Positions 49,886-59,393 of a stretch of DNA of 64,000 bases are shown piece after piece (within the stretch, counting starts at the first letter, position 1; each line of letters starts with the position of its first letter). Origin of the DNA: a virus; IMG/VR virus record IMGVR_UViG_3300035180_001563, positions 58,194 to 122,193 of that record. One strand, given 5' to 3'. Under the pieces are notes generated by a model that did not search any database, was not told the origin of the DNA, and saw only the letters and a program-made list of their open reading frames with translations. Position numbers and translations under genes: made by a program.

Positions 49886-50731
49886 ATGAAAAACGTTAAA
49901 CTGGCTTTGTTGATTTGTTCTTTAGTATTTTCAACAAACGCATTAGCTAATAAACACCACAAACATTATCACACACGAAAACATCTACACATTGCAACTA
50001 AATTAAATAACAAGTCTCCATTTTTTTCTCGTGTTGTGTTTATAAAGAGTGTTGATGAGCAGAATATCGTTTTTCAAAAAAATGTTGAAAAACCTTCTTC
50101 AATTGCTTCTATTACCAAACTAATGGTTGCTACTATTATTGCTGAGAATAACCTTCCTATGGATGACCAAATACAATTAACCGAAGAGGATGCAGTCGCA
50201 TCTTCAAGGCTTAAAGTAGGCGAGAAATACACACGTGGACAACTATTGAATGTGGCTCTCATGTCTTCGGATAATAGAGCTGCTCACGCTTTAGCGAGAA
50301 CATATCCTGGAGGATTAACTGTTGCCATTAATACAATGAATGAAACAGCAACTAAGTTAGGAATGAATGAAACCTTATACATAGAACCAACAGGTCTTGA
50401 CGCAAGGAACCATTCAACAGCAGCAGATTTAACAAAATTAATGAATTATGCTAAACAGTTTCCTGTGATTACTCAATATGCTTCTATGGCTAAGAACGAA
50501 ATATCTGATAAAGTGTTTTATAATACAAATGCATATATTCGTTCTGGTGAGTGGACTAATATCGTTCTATCAAAAACAGGATATACACAAGCAGCAGGTA
50601 AGTGTATGGTTGTCGTGATGAATATAAGAGAAAAATTGTATGATATTGTAATATTGGGAGCTAGTAGCAGTAAGCAGCGACTTAAAGATTTAGCTACTGC
50701 GAAGAAAATGATTGAAAAAGAAGTTAGTTAA
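49886..50731 (+). CDS. D-Ala-D-Ala endopeptidase/carboxypeptidase (peptidase S11, PBP7-like) with signal peptide
   Basis: SIASITKLM (SxxK), SSDN (SxN), EPTGL, KTGYT. Confidence 0.9.
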   Translation: MKNVKLALLICSLVFSTNALANKHHKHYHTRKHLHIATKLNNKSPFFSRVVFIKSVDEQNIVFQKNVEKPSSIASITKLMVATIIAENNLPMDDQIQLTEEDAVASSRLKVGEKYTRGQLLNVALMSSDNRAAHALARTYPGGLTVAINTMNETATKLGMNETLYIEPTGLDARNHSTAADLTKLMNYAKQFPVITQYASMAKNEISDKVFYNTNAYIRSGEWTNIVLSKTGYTQAAGKCMVVVMNIREKLYDIVILGASSSKQRLKDLATAKKMIEKEVS

Positions 50732-50754
50732 TGTAACCTAAAGTAGGAGCGAAA

Positions 50755-51072
50755 ATGATTTTAAAAAATGCAAATGGAACAGTTGAACGAGTTGCAGGGA
50801 CAACCTGTAAAAATTGTTCGTTCTCTCAAACAAAACCATCCGTAAAAGTATCGAAAGATGAACTTAATGAATTTGGTGGACTGACACCAACAGATAAAAA
50901 AGATATTGCAAACCAAAAAGGTGGTGTTATCACTATGCCAGGAAAAAATTCCCAACTAAAAAATTGTGGTGTAGTCAGTCACCAACAGATCAACCAATAC
51001 GTAACAGAACGTATGTGGTGCAATTTTTGGAACGTTCCAGGCACCTTAAGATCATTTACTCCTGACAAATGA
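50755..51072 (+). CDS. Small four-cysteine protein
   Basis: CKNC...C...WCNFW; AGGAG RBS. Confidence 0.55.
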   Translation: MILKNANGTVERVAGTTCKNCSFSQTKPSVKVSKDELNEFGGLTPTDKKDIANQKGGVITMPGKNSQLKNCGVVSHQQINQYVTERMWCNFWNVPGTLRSFTPDK

Positions 51073-51464
51073 TTTACACTTCAAACTACGTCCGTAGTGC
51101 AAAATACGCACTTTCATATGCTATTAGTGTTAAACCACCTGAATGGTATGTGGGAAAGTGTTTACCACAACTGGCTCCAACATGGGACATGGTTAATCAA
51201 TCAAAATCTGGAAGATTAACTCATGCTCAATATACAGAACAATATATCAATTTGTTATCTAAACGAAGGTTTACTCCTGATCGTGTAATGGATGCCCTTC
51301 CTGATAACTCCCGTTTACTTTGTTATGAATCACCTGGAGAGTTTTGCCACAGACGAATTCTAGCCCAATGGATACAGGACGAACTTGGGTTAATAATTTC
51401 AGAATGGGTTAGCGAAGAAGATATGTATAAAGAACAGCTGATAAACGATTTATTAGAATTTTGA
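51069..51464 (+). CDS. DUF488-like protein
   Basis: IYTS, LAPTW, LLCYE....CHR. Confidence 0.75.
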   Translation: MIYTSNYVRSAKYALSYAISVKPPEWYVGKCLPQLAPTWDMVNQSKSGRLTHAQYTEQYINLLSKRRFTPDRVMDALPDNSRLLCYESPGEFCHRRILAQWIQDELGLIISEWVSEEDMYKEQLINDLLEF

Positions 51465-51470
51465 TTATCG

Positions 51471-51499
51471 TTGATTTTACCATACCAAAGTTGTATACT
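51471..51499 (+). promoter_or_regulatory. Sigma70-like promoter for the clamp-like gene
   Basis: TTGATT-N17-TATACT. Confidence 0.6.
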
Positions 51500-51524
51500 A
51501 AATAAAATTATAAGAATAAATCAT

Positions 51525-52238
51525 ATGAAGTTATCTAAAAATATTGTTGATTACATCCGAAATGCGATTAAGGTTGCAAAGTTGGTTGGAATTGAATCTA
51601 TTGCGTTTGAACCAGGTATAGTACGAGCGATGGATGATAATAAAACCGTAGTTATTTGTCATTCGAATAATGTCCCAACTTTTGAATTTAGTGGAATTGG
51701 AATCGGACGTCTTGATCTATTCACGTCAAGATATGGATTAGTTGATGGTAGAGATCAACTTATCGTAGAAGCTGAATTAGATACAAAGTCTGGTACAAAC
51801 CAAATATCTCAACTTATATTTAAAGCGAAAAATATTAAAGTAGAATATCGCTGTGCAAACTCCACCACAATAAGAGCTCCTAAATCAATCAAAGATGTTA
51901 TGACGTATGAATTCGTGTTAAATGCGGATGGAGTTGATACTTTAATCAAAGCCCAAAATGCGATGGGAGTCGAGTACGTAACTGTCATTAGTGATAAAAC
52001 ATCAGGAATGCGTTTCGAGTTGGTTGATATAAACAGAGATATATTTGTGCATGAATTTTCAGCCCAAGCTGTTAATATTGAAACTAAAACAAAGAGTGAG
52101 TTTGTTCATCGATATCCACTCAAAACATTAACAGCGTTGTTTAAACAAGATGCAACACAACGAATTGAGGTTGGAGAAAGAGGCTTTATGAAACTGGTTG
52201 TTTATGGTCTTGATGTATTCGTTCTCCCTTCAATTTAA
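51525..52238 (+). CDS. DNA polymerase sliding clamp (putative)
   Basis: About 237 aa, beta-rich, in a replication cluster, ending FVLP; weak motif support. Confidence 0.55.
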   Translation: MKLSKNIVDYIRNAIKVAKLVGIESIAFEPGIVRAMDDNKTVVICHSNNVPTFEFSGIGIGRLDLFTSRYGLVDGRDQLIVEAELDTKSGTNQISQLIFKAKNIKVEYRCANSTTIRAPKSIKDVMTYEFVLNADGVDTLIKAQNAMGVEYVTVISDKTSGMRFELVDINRDIFVHEFSAQAVNIETKTKSEFVHRYPLKTLTALFKQDATQRIEVGERGFMKLVVYGLDVFVLPSI

Positions 52239-52271
52239 CAGGCGTAAATATTATTAAACCAAAGGAATTAC

Positions 52272-52535
52272 ATGTTTAATATCTTTAGAAAAAAGAAGAA
52301 AAATCCAGAGGGAAAGGATAGTACTGAACCATGGGTTCAAGTAATCGGCGAACACATTGATCCTAAGTATGGTATTCGTATTGAATTGGATTGGAACGAT
52401 GCGTTTGTGGACTATTTAAAACGGAATGGGTATACGGGTACCAGTGATGAAACAATCGTACAAAAATGGCTTGCACACCTGTATAAGCATTTGGTAGAAA
52501 ACATGAATCCAAACCAATCAACAACGTTTGAATGA
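52272..52535 (+). CDS. Hypothetical protein
   Basis: EPWV...ELDWNDAFV..L...GY.G..DE.IV..W; AAGGA RBS. Confidence 0.65.
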   Translation: MFNIFRKKKKNPEGKDSTEPWVQVIGEHIDPKYGIRIELDWNDAFVDYLKRNGYTGTSDETIVQKWLAHLYKHLVENMNPNQSTTFE

Positions 52536-52866
52536 CATGATGTTTATCTTTAAAATATTAAAACAAGCTATCATTTTATCTAGAGAACAACATAAGCAAG
52601 ATGTTGAAAAACGAGAAAAAACTCGAATAGCGAAATTATTTAATGATCGTTACACTTATCGAAAAGAGTGGATTCTAGGACTTGAACGACTTACTGGAAT
52701 ATCATTGGGGGGAATTCCTCCTAGGGGTGGTTTTGCTTGGATGTGTCCTGATTGCAATAAAATCCATCACCCAATTAAATATAGTGCATTGACAGGATTA
52801 CATTATCCAAGCTGTTGTTCTTATCCTGAAGGACACAGATTAGACTACCATATTAGAGTTGAATAA
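52528..52866 (+). CDS. Hypothetical protein with a CPDC Zn-ribbon
   Basis: WMCPDCNKIH...CC; overlaps the upstream ORF end. Confidence 0.55.
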   Translation: MNDMMFIFKILKQAIILSREQHKQDVEKREKTRIAKLFNDRYTYRKEWILGLERLTGISLGGIPPRGGFAWMCPDCNKIHHPIKYSALTGLHYPSCCSYPEGHRLDYHIRVE

Positions 52867-52869
52867 ATT

Positions 52870-53781
52870 ATGGACACAATATTATTGATTGATATGAGCA
52901 ATATTCTACATAAAACGTTTTTTGTAAACGCAAAAGAGGATATTGAAACGTTAAACGCTCTTGCGTATCACACATCTCTGATCACATTAAACAAGTACCA
53001 CAAAATATATAAACCATCAAAAACTGTATTTGTGTTTGATCGTGAGAATTGGAGAAAGTGGTATACTACATCTGACTTGTGTTATTCTGGAAAAATATAT
53101 AAAGGCCAGAGAAGACAAAATATGACTCCCAGTCAACGTAAACGATATGAAACGTTTTTAGAATTCGTTAACGATTTTGAACAATTAATGAGGTCACATA
53201 CTGGAATCGCGTGCCTTGCCGCGCATGGACTCGAGGCTGACGATCTAATCAGTGGTATGGTAGAAGTATATTCAGAAGAGGATGAAGTTGTTATTGTTAC
53301 TGCTGATAAAGACATGTTACAGTTACTGAGATATCCAAATGTGCAGCTGGTGGATCCAACCACTGGAAAAAATCGAACGTTAGAGGAGTGGGATAATGAT
53401 GCTGACTTCTTTATGTTCAATAAATGTATTCGAGGAGATGTTGGTGATAATGTTCAAGCGGCTTATCCAAGGATCAGATCTACCAAAATCAAAGAAGCTT
53501 ATGATGATCCTTACAAACGTGTTAATATAATGAATGACGTATGGAAAAATCAAACAGGGAAAGAACTATCTGTTAAGGAACTGTTTGAAGAAAATGAAAT
53601 GTTAATGGATCTTTCAAAACAGCCACAATGTGTTCGTCGTAAAATATTTGAAACAATTTCCTATGAAATAGATAACACAGGACAATTTTCTCATTTCCAC
53701 TTTTTACGGTTTTTAGGCAAATATCAACTGAAAAAGGTTGCTAATCAATTAGAAACCTTTATCCCATTATTGATGGGATAA
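52870..53781 (+). CDS. rnh: RNase H / 5'-3' flap exonuclease (T4 rnh-like)
   Basis: LIDMSN, YKGQR, EADD, TADKDMLQL, GDVGDNV. Confidence 0.9.
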   Translation: MDTILLIDMSNILHKTFFVNAKEDIETLNALAYHTSLITLNKYHKIYKPSKTVFVFDRENWRKWYTTSDLCYSGKIYKGQRRQNMTPSQRKRYETFLEFVNDFEQLMRSHTGIACLAAHGLEADDLISGMVEVYSEEDEVVIVTADKDMLQLLRYPNVQLVDPTTGKNRTLEEWDNDADFFMFNKCIRGDVGDNVQAAYPRIRSTKIKEAYDDPYKRVNIMNDVWKNQTGKELSVKELFEENEMLMDLSKQPQCVRRKIFETISYEIDNTGQFSHFHFLRFLGKYQLKKVANQLETFIPLLMG

Positions 53782-53792
53782 ATCACACAGAA

Positions 53793-54044
53793 GTGAAAAA
53801 TAAAAGTACAGAACAATTCATAACGGAAGCACAACTAGTCCACGATTTTAAATATGATTATTCATTAACACAATACACTCACAGTAATGTTAAAGTTGAC
53901 GTTGTCTGTCATCTTCATGGAATATTCCACATATCTCCAAATGCCCATCTGAGAGGAGAAGGGTGTAAACTATGTGGGATTCTACGACGTGGTGCAAAAA
54001 ATAATAAAACAACACAAGATTTTATAAACGTGGTAGTTCAGTAG
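53793..54044 (+). pseudogene. Truncated homing endonuclease (one DNA-binding repeat, no nuclease)
   Basis: HDFKYDYS...CHLHG.F..SPNAH..GEGCKLC homologous to the repeats at 23453, 47816 and 54894. Confidence 0.7.
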
Positions 54045-54056
54045 ATACTATTCTAA

Positions 54057-54551
54057 TTATGTAGCAGGTTCTACATTAGTGGTAGTATCAACCGACGGTG
54101 TAACATTCGGGGAGGATACTGGAAGGGATCCAGGTCCTGGTAAAGATGAATCTCCTCCTACTTGTGGAGGAAGACTCTTGCTAACAAACTCTCCTGCTGT
54201 TCCACCACCATGTTTTAACCATTCATTAAAACCAGCTCCACCGACTAAGTAAGTAAGATAGATTCCGAAAATATCGATCGTTAAAGCCGACCTATCCATT
54301 AAACTGATAACAACCCAGGTGGAGACAACAAGGCCTATTAAATATCCTAATTTATATGGAGACGTCCTGTTTGTTGTATAATCAACGATCAAATGTTCCC
54401 ACTGAACGGGACTATTTGGATTTTTGTCTCCTTGAACAAACAACCACACAAAAAACGCTAGAATGCATATAATGAACCATGTAGCAGTTGAAAAGGGCAA
54501 AGAGAGTAAAAAATGTCCAATACTAGACATTCCGGTGATAATTTGTTCCAT
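54057..54551 (-). CDS. Membrane protein with about three TM segments (holin candidate)
   Basis: Three hydrophobic stretches and a Pro-rich tail; CATAAATA upstream; function inferred only. Confidence 0.5.
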   Translation of the reverse strand: MEQIITGMSSIGHFLLSLPFSTATWFIICILAFFVWLFVQGDKNPNSPVQWEHLIVDYTTNRTSPYKLGYLIGLVVSTWVVISLMDRSALTIDIFGIYLTYLVGGAGFNEWLKHGGGTAGEFVSKSLPPQVGGDSSLPGPGSLPVSSPNVTPSVDTTTNVEPAT

Positions 54552-54596
54552 TATAATGCTCCATAAATACGTTTATATTTATGCAAAAGGTTAAAA

Positions 54597-54884
54597 ATGC
54601 CATCAATTTGTAGAATTGGAGACCCATTCACATGTGGAGATACTGAAGGACATGGAAGTCCAAACGTATTTGCCAACAACATTCCAGCAACTAGAATAAA
54701 TGTAGATAAAACCAATGGACATTCGTGCTTTCCTCCTGTGGTTGTTGTTAGTGGATCTCCTAACGTATTCATCAATAATATAGAAACAGCAAGAGTTGGA
54801 GATCCCCATGAGGGTCACTGTTGTGTTTCATGTCATGGTGGTAATGTTCAATCAGGTTCTCCTAACGTATTCGTTAATAGTTGA
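54597..54884 (+). CDS. PAAR spike-tip protein (gp5.4-like)
   Basis: RIGD, three GSPNVF repeats, ARVGD, metal-binding His/Cys. Confidence 0.92.
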   Translation: MPSICRIGDPFTCGDTEGHGSPNVFANNIPATRINVDKTNGHSCFPPVVVVSGSPNVFINNIETARVGDPHEGHCCVSCHGGNVQSGSPNVFVNS

Positions 54885-54893
54885 TTACTACAC

Positions 54894-55862
54894 ATGCCGA
54901 AAAAATTAACATCAGAACAATTCATACAAACATCAAATCTAATTCATCATAACAAATATGATTATTCTGAGGTTGTGTATGTTAACTCTAAGTCTCCAGT
55001 AACTATAATATGTCCAACCCATGGAAAGTTCACACAAACACCCAATAACCATACTATAGCAAAACAAGGATGTAAAATGTGTGGTATTAATTGTACATCA
55101 ATTAAAAATTCATTAAATACAAAAACATTCATCGAGAAGTCCAGACATATACATGGTGAATTGTATGATTATTCACAAACGATATATACACGAACTTACG
55201 ACCCCGTAAATATCATATGTCCTTCTCATGGTATATTTTCAGTAGTAGCCAAGGAACATACTTCTGTCAAGCACAAACGTGGATGTCCAGAATGTAGTAG
55301 AATTTCATATAGAAACAAAAGGCAAAAAGTGTTGAGTGACTTTATAGCTGATGCTACAAGTATTCATGGAAACATATACGATTATTCACAAGTTGAATAT
55401 AATACTACATTTGAGAAGGTTTCTGTAATATGTGCAAAACACGGACCTTTCTGGGTTCCTCCAAACGCTCATGTGTCTGGAAAAACTGGTTGTCCGAAAT
55501 GTAATATGTCAAAAGGTGAAAGATTAATAAAACAAAGACTCGAGCAATTCGGAATATCATTTCAACAACAAAAAACCTTCGAAACGTGTGTTAATGATAT
55601 CACAAATAAAAAACTCCGTTTTGATTTCTATTTAACAAAGCAAAACATATTAATAGAATATGATGGTGAATCTCATTTTACACCCGTAAAGTTTAATGGT
55701 ATGACAGAAGAACAGTCAATCTCGGAATATATGAGAGGACAGTACAGAGACATTCTCAAAAATAACTGGTCAATTGAAAATAACATATATTTAATTCGCA
55801 TCCCCTACTATATACCAAAAGAAGACTTCGATAATATATTCAAAGAACTTTCGTGTATATAA
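54894..55862 (+). CDS. Free-standing homing endonuclease, PD-(D/E)XK type
   Basis: Three H..YDYS..C..HG..GC..C repeats; SKGE..LRFDFYL..LIEYDGESHF. Confidence 0.85.
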   Translation: MPKKLTSEQFIQTSNLIHHNKYDYSEVVYVNSKSPVTIICPTHGKFTQTPNNHTIAKQGCKMCGINCTSIKNSLNTKTFIEKSRHIHGELYDYSQTIYTRTYDPVNIICPSHGIFSVVAKEHTSVKHKRGCPECSRISYRNKRQKVLSDFIADATSIHGNIYDYSQVEYNTTFEKVSVICAKHGPFWVPPNAHVSGKTGCPKCNMSKGERLIKQRLEQFGISFQQQKTFETCVNDITNKKLRFDFYLTKQNILIEYDGESHFTPVKFNGMTEEQSISEYMRGQYRDILKNNWSIENNIYLIRIPYYIPKEDFDNIFKELSCI

Positions 55863-55936
55863 TACGATTGGTCTCCCTCAATTTTTGATATGTAAATAAA
55901 GTTGTGATTAAACACAACTTTTATAGGAGATTCAAA

Positions 55937-56371
55937 ATGAAGGGAAAATACAGACATTTGGAGTGGTTGGAATTAGAAGGTGGTATCATGACAGAATGTG
56001 CTATCATGAAAAGATCAAACGATGGACATACGTGGTTTTTCCCTGTGTCTCCACTCGATACAGTTGACAAACAAAGATTGTTAAATGTACTTAAAAACCG
56101 TAACTCTGAGCTGTATGAACTTTGGGATCTCATGTCTCAAATTACTCTCGGAAATGGTATTAATGCATTAACATATTTTAACCAACTTGTTAAAGTTAGA
56201 ACACCATCTGGTCAGATTGTTCCTTTTGGAAGTGGACGTTTTGGTGCTCCTACAGCTCCAAACCCTTACGGAAACCAAACAGAATTATCCGATAATCTTT
56301 CAGATAATTCTGATCAACTTAGTGAGGCAGTTGCTGTTGCTAAGGCAGGACGTGGTAGAACTGGACGTTGA
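55937..56371 (+). CDS. Hypothetical protein
   Basis: AGGAG RBS; LD.VDKQRL...YELWDLMSQ.TL.NG.NAL.YF.QLV; terminator follows. Confidence 0.7.
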   Translation: MKGKYRHLEWLELEGGIMTECAIMKRSNDGHTWFFPVSPLDTVDKQRLLNVLKNRNSELYELWDLMSQITLGNGINALTYFNQLVKVRTPSGQIVPFGSGRFGAPTAPNPYGNQTELSDNLSDNSDQLSEAVAVAKAGRGRTGR

Positions 56372-56390
56372 CATTTTCAACAGACAAAAT

Positions 56391-56412
56391 AAAACCGCCT
56401 TCGGGCGGTTTT
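56391..56412. terminator. Bidirectional terminator between convergent genes
   Basis: aaaaccgcc-ttcg-ggcggtttt. Confidence 0.85.
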
Positions 56413-58105
56413 ATTTTTTCCATATATCAAATCTTATAGTACCACAATCCCATAACTTATGGTATCCTCGTTCTTTCATAATTTCAAATTCTGTTTTGTT
56501 TGGATCAAACCCCAGGCTTACTAAATTTGATTTTTTAAAATTGTATCTGTACAATCTAGCAACTTTTTGAGTTTGTATATACCAATAATTTGGTTTACTG
56601 TATGATGTTAGTGTAAAACCAAGCTGTTCATATAAGTTGCCTGTAGACCACCGTCTATCCGCATAACTATATATGTGCGTCCAATTATGATTTTTCTTGA
56701 AGTGTGTTAATAATTTTCCGGCGGCCCCTCGGACTACATATTTTGAATTGGTTGCAAATCTATTTAACTCCCAACTTCCATCTCCATTTATTTTATTTTT
56801 TCCGCCTTTTAGGTGGGATGGAGCTGAAAATGTCATAACTGCAATCAATTCTTCATCAAAAAACAAACCTAAAGATACTTTTGCTTTGTCTGCTCCTTGT
56901 ATATGAAACTGATTCAAAAACGAATTCTTTTGATATGCTTCTATGCTTCTTATATTACACTGTCTCGCATTGATTCTCAAAGAATTAGAGTGCTCTAATA
57001 TGTGTGATATCTTTGACTTTACTGTCTCTGGAGAGTTAATCCATTCATCTTCAAATATTGTTAATAATTTGTAACCACGCTCTCTACACTTTTCTAATTT
57101 TTTAACATGATAATATCTATCATCTTTAACAGCATCCGAGTGCCAATATAACCCACAATATTCGATTGCTATCTTGTGGTTGGGAATAACGATATCAAGT
57201 TCTTGTGGATGTATTATTTGTCTGTCACATATGATAATATCTTCTCCTACAATAGAACGAACAAATTGTTCAACTTGTTGTTCACCTGCTGACCTGTATT
57301 TTGTGGGAAAACTAACACTTTGTGATTTAATTAATTTTTCAAATGTATCCTTACCTATACCAAATGTTGAACATATTTCTGTTAAAGACATATTATTAAC
57401 CATATTTGTTAAAATATCTTTAACATCATCATCATTTTTCAAGTCATTAAATTCAGCAGATAATCGGATGTCAGTCCCTTCTGTTTTAATCCCCCACATC
57501 TTTACATGTTTGCGAAGATATCCAGTACTAACTCCAACCAATTTCCCTATATGGGTAAGCGGGATTCGTTTGTTGTAATATAAATCTTCAACAACCTGTT
57601 TCGTTAAAGGATATTGAGCATTTTTTTGTGACAGTAAACTCTTTCCAGTTGAGCTGTTGTGTAGTGTAATATCATGTAATTTACATAAAGACACAACCAT
57701 ACTTTGACCACAATCTAAAGCTTTCATGATATTAGATTGAGTGATGTGTTCATTCACTAAATCAACAAAACTTGCTTTATTAATAGCGATTAAATAATTT
57801 TTATATGACAGTTCTTTAAATTTAACTGGTTTTCGTATTTTATGTTTGTTCAACACTGTAACGATGGGTTGAGTTGACGTTCCAACCCTAGACGCAATTT
57901 CGGTTATACTTAAATCTTGTGTATACCATTGTATTACTTGTTGTTCATCTATCGAGCACTTGCGTGGTTTTGCAGGTTTCCATACATTGTTTTTCTGTAA
58001 CAACCACCTTATCTTATCCACTGAACAGTCGTGTTCACGTGCAAGAATTTTTAGTTGTTTTCCGTTTTGGTAATCTTCAATGATTTGATGTGTTTGTGAT
58101 TCCAT
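56411..58105 (-). CDS. Hef-like homing endonuclease (multi-HTH N-terminus) with GNAT/Mom-like domain
   Basis: Several HTH repeats, ELDIVIP..AIEYCGLYWHS, ARQC/FHIQG/WELNRF/SYADRRWS/KLWDCG. Confidence 0.85.
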   Translation of the reverse strand: MESQTHQIIEDYQNGKQLKILAREHDCSVDKIRWLLQKNNVWKPAKPRKCSIDEQQVIQWYTQDLSITEIASRVGTSTQPIVTVLNKHKIRKPVKFKELSYKNYLIAINKASFVDLVNEHITQSNIMKALDCGQSMVVSLCKLHDITLHNSSTGKSLLSQKNAQYPLTKQVVEDLYYNKRIPLTHIGKLVGVSTGYLRKHVKMWGIKTEGTDIRLSAEFNDLKNDDDVKDILTNMVNNMSLTEICSTFGIGKDTFEKLIKSQSVSFPTKYRSAGEQQVEQFVRSIVGEDIIICDRQIIHPQELDIVIPNHKIAIEYCGLYWHSDAVKDDRYYHVKKLEKCRERGYKLLTIFEDEWINSPETVKSKISHILEHSNSLRINARQCNIRSIEAYQKNSFLNQFHIQGADKAKVSLGLFFDEELIAVMTFSAPSHLKGGKNKINGDGSWELNRFATNSKYVVRGAAGKLLTHFKKNHNWTHIYSYADRRWSTGNLYEQLGFTLTSYSKPNYWYIQTQKVARLYRYNFKKSNLVSLGFDPNKTEFEIMKERGYHKLWDCGTIRFDIWKK

Positions 58106-58167
58106 GTAATATTTACTCCTGTGTAGTTTATTTATTTTTGTTCACACAGGAGTAAATATTACATGGA
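58101..58167 (-). promoter_or_regulatory. 24-bp perfect hairpin covering RBS and ATG, with a late promoter in the loop
   Basis: tccatgtaatatttactcctgtgt (58101-58124) and acacaggagtaaatattacatgga (58144-58167); AATAAATA at 58129-58136 on the minus strand. Confidence 0.85.
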
Positions 58168-58175
58168 TTTAAAGG

Positions 58176-59267
58176 TTATGCAGTGCTTCTGGCTACCTGA
58201 ATAATAAGGGTATATATAATAGTTAAGGTTCTATTCTGACTCTTGCGAACAGGACTGAATATCAAATGAGTTAAAAGTCGTTCTCCCTCTAAGTTGGAGT
58301 CTGTTGTATTATTTTGTAATCCAGCACCTTGCCCAGTAACAGCAGTTTCAACTGCTAAATATCCAACCAAAGAATTAAACATCCAGTTTGGTGGAGGATT
58401 TACTGTATCGACGACAACAGTGGAGGTTGAACCAACAGAATTGGAAACGAATCGAAGAGCACCATAAGTATTCACAGTACCAGAAGTATTTGAAATTTGT
58501 GCTATACAACCCGACATTGTTCCTGGAACATTAAGTATTTCTATCAAGTCACTGTACAACAATTCACCACCCACACCTGAACCAGTACCTGTATTAAAAG
58601 TTATAACTTGCTTTGTTCCACTATCTACAGTAATACTGAAAGTATATACGGTGTTTTGAGTAAGTCCAGTTACGCTTGTATCAAACTTAGTCCCCACATT
58701 AATATCCTGATAACCTGCAGTATTAATTAACGAAGACCCAGAAGTAAATAAACCAATTTCATCAAACACGAACGCATCTTGAGGATTTTCTGAAGGTGGT
58801 AATTGGTCAGTGATTGTTTGACCTGATGGTTCAAATGGATTAAGTGTACATGTAATAACAACTGAAGATGTTAACCCATTATCTTGACTAACTACTGAAT
58901 TCTTTGATGGGTCATTTGTAGGATCAGAGCCCGGTCCAGTTCCATCTAATAAACTTATTTCATCAACAACTTCAGAGTATGTTTCGTTATATAATTGGGA
59001 TCTCCATCCCGCAGTATCAGGAGCTTGTCCATCGTTTGGTGTTTTATAGGCAATTTGTCCTGCGGCATTTATAATAGTTCCACCATTTCCAAAAGCCATT
59101 CTATATACGTATGAATTATTTTCGTGAGCCAAGGCTCTGGAGATAATTCGAGATAAATTTTGAGGATGTACAGCGTTAGTTTCATCTACATGAACTTGAC
59201 CCAAGTCATCAATAATTTTAGCGTGTCCCAATACACTCACTGGAAGGGAATATTCATTTATTTTCAT
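58176..59267 (-). CDS. Virion structural (baseplate/tail) protein
   Basis: NAVH, MAFGNGGT, FVFDEIGL, LLTHLIFSPVRKSQNR..I.Y; TATAAATA upstream. Confidence 0.65.
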   Translation of the reverse strand: MKINEYSLPVSVLGHAKIIDDLGQVHVDETNAVHPQNLSRIISRALAHENNSYVYRMAFGNGGTIINAAGQIAYKTPNDGQAPDTAGWRSQLYNETYSEVVDEISLLDGTGPGSDPTNDPSKNSVVSQDNGLTSSVVITCTLNPFEPSGQTITDQLPPSENPQDAFVFDEIGLFTSGSSLINTAGYQDINVGTKFDTSVTGLTQNTVYTFSITVDSGTKQVITFNTGTGSGVGGELLYSDLIEILNVPGTMSGCIAQISNTSGTVNTYGALRFVSNSVGSTSTVVVDTVNPPPNWMFNSLVGYLAVETAVTGQGAGLQNNTTDSNLEGERLLTHLIFSPVRKSQNRTLTIIYTLIIQVARSTA

Positions 59268-59340
59268 CTAAACTGCTCCATATACTTTTAGTGTTGTTTT
59301 GTATTTATAAATTTAACGTTGAAAGAAACATCACAAAAAG

Positions 59341-59368
59341 AAAGGTGAAATTCGATGAATTTCACCCT
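59341..59368 (-). terminator. Rho-independent terminator
   Basis: ggtgaaattc-gat-gaatttcacc with flanking A-tract. Confidence 0.65.
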
Positions 59369-59393
59369 TGCTTATACCTCTGCACCAATAATT

